In this document: piece after piece, positions 20,436 to 20,543 of the stretch
How the letters are laid out: the number at the start of each line of letters is the position of its first letter
Position numbering within the stretch: the first letter of the stretch is position 1
Source of the DNA: a virus
Taxonomy: Duplodnaviria > Heunggongvirae > Uroviricota > Caudoviricetes
Direction: 5' to 3' (one strand)
DNA length: 20,543 nucleotides
IMG/VR virus record: IMGVR_UViG_2734482572_000001
Position numbers and translations under genes: made by a program
Notes under the pieces: model-generated
Databases searched by the model: none
What the model was told of the DNA's origin: nothing
Seen by the model: only the letters and a program-made list of their open reading frames with translations

Positions 20436-20543
20436 TATTCACCTCTCGCAGCCTTACTAGACTGGCCCCCTGAATCTCCAGACAACCAGTATCACTTAAA
20501 TAAGTGATAGTCTTAATACTAGTTTTTAGACTAGTCATTGGAG

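Noticed and set aside
20344-20538. 64-aa minus-strand ORF upstream of R considered as the missing holin
   Set aside because: No transmembrane segment, cysteine/tryptophan-rich low-complexity sequence, and it overlaps the first 90 nt of R out of frame; not a holin.

Overview
The window is the late region of a lambda-like siphovirus (prophage or phage genome), encoded almost entirely on the minus strand. Reading in the direction of transcription (high to low coordinates): a phage-21/DLP12-type lysis module (SAR endolysin R, Rz with embedded Rz1), a small DUF4406-like gene, an AT-rich two-gene cargo cassette bracketed by about 172-bp direct repeats, the cos site, then a complete lambda-type packaging, head and tail module (Nu1, A, W, B, C/Nu3, D, E, FI, FII, Z, U, V, G/T, H, M, L, K, I) and the first 525 codons of J running off the left edge. 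Protein identities come from recall of the phage lambda and phage 21 proteins, not from a database search. The candidate novel system is the cassette at 17436-18870: a 286-aa soluble protein followed by a 149-aa membrane protein, sitting where lambda carries bor, with a palindromic operator-like motif upstream. I could not assign either protein to a known family. No holin gene abuts R inside the window, and cosN differs from the lambda cohesive end at six positions. No rRNA, tRNA or CRISPR array was seen, and I found no convincing plus-strand gene.
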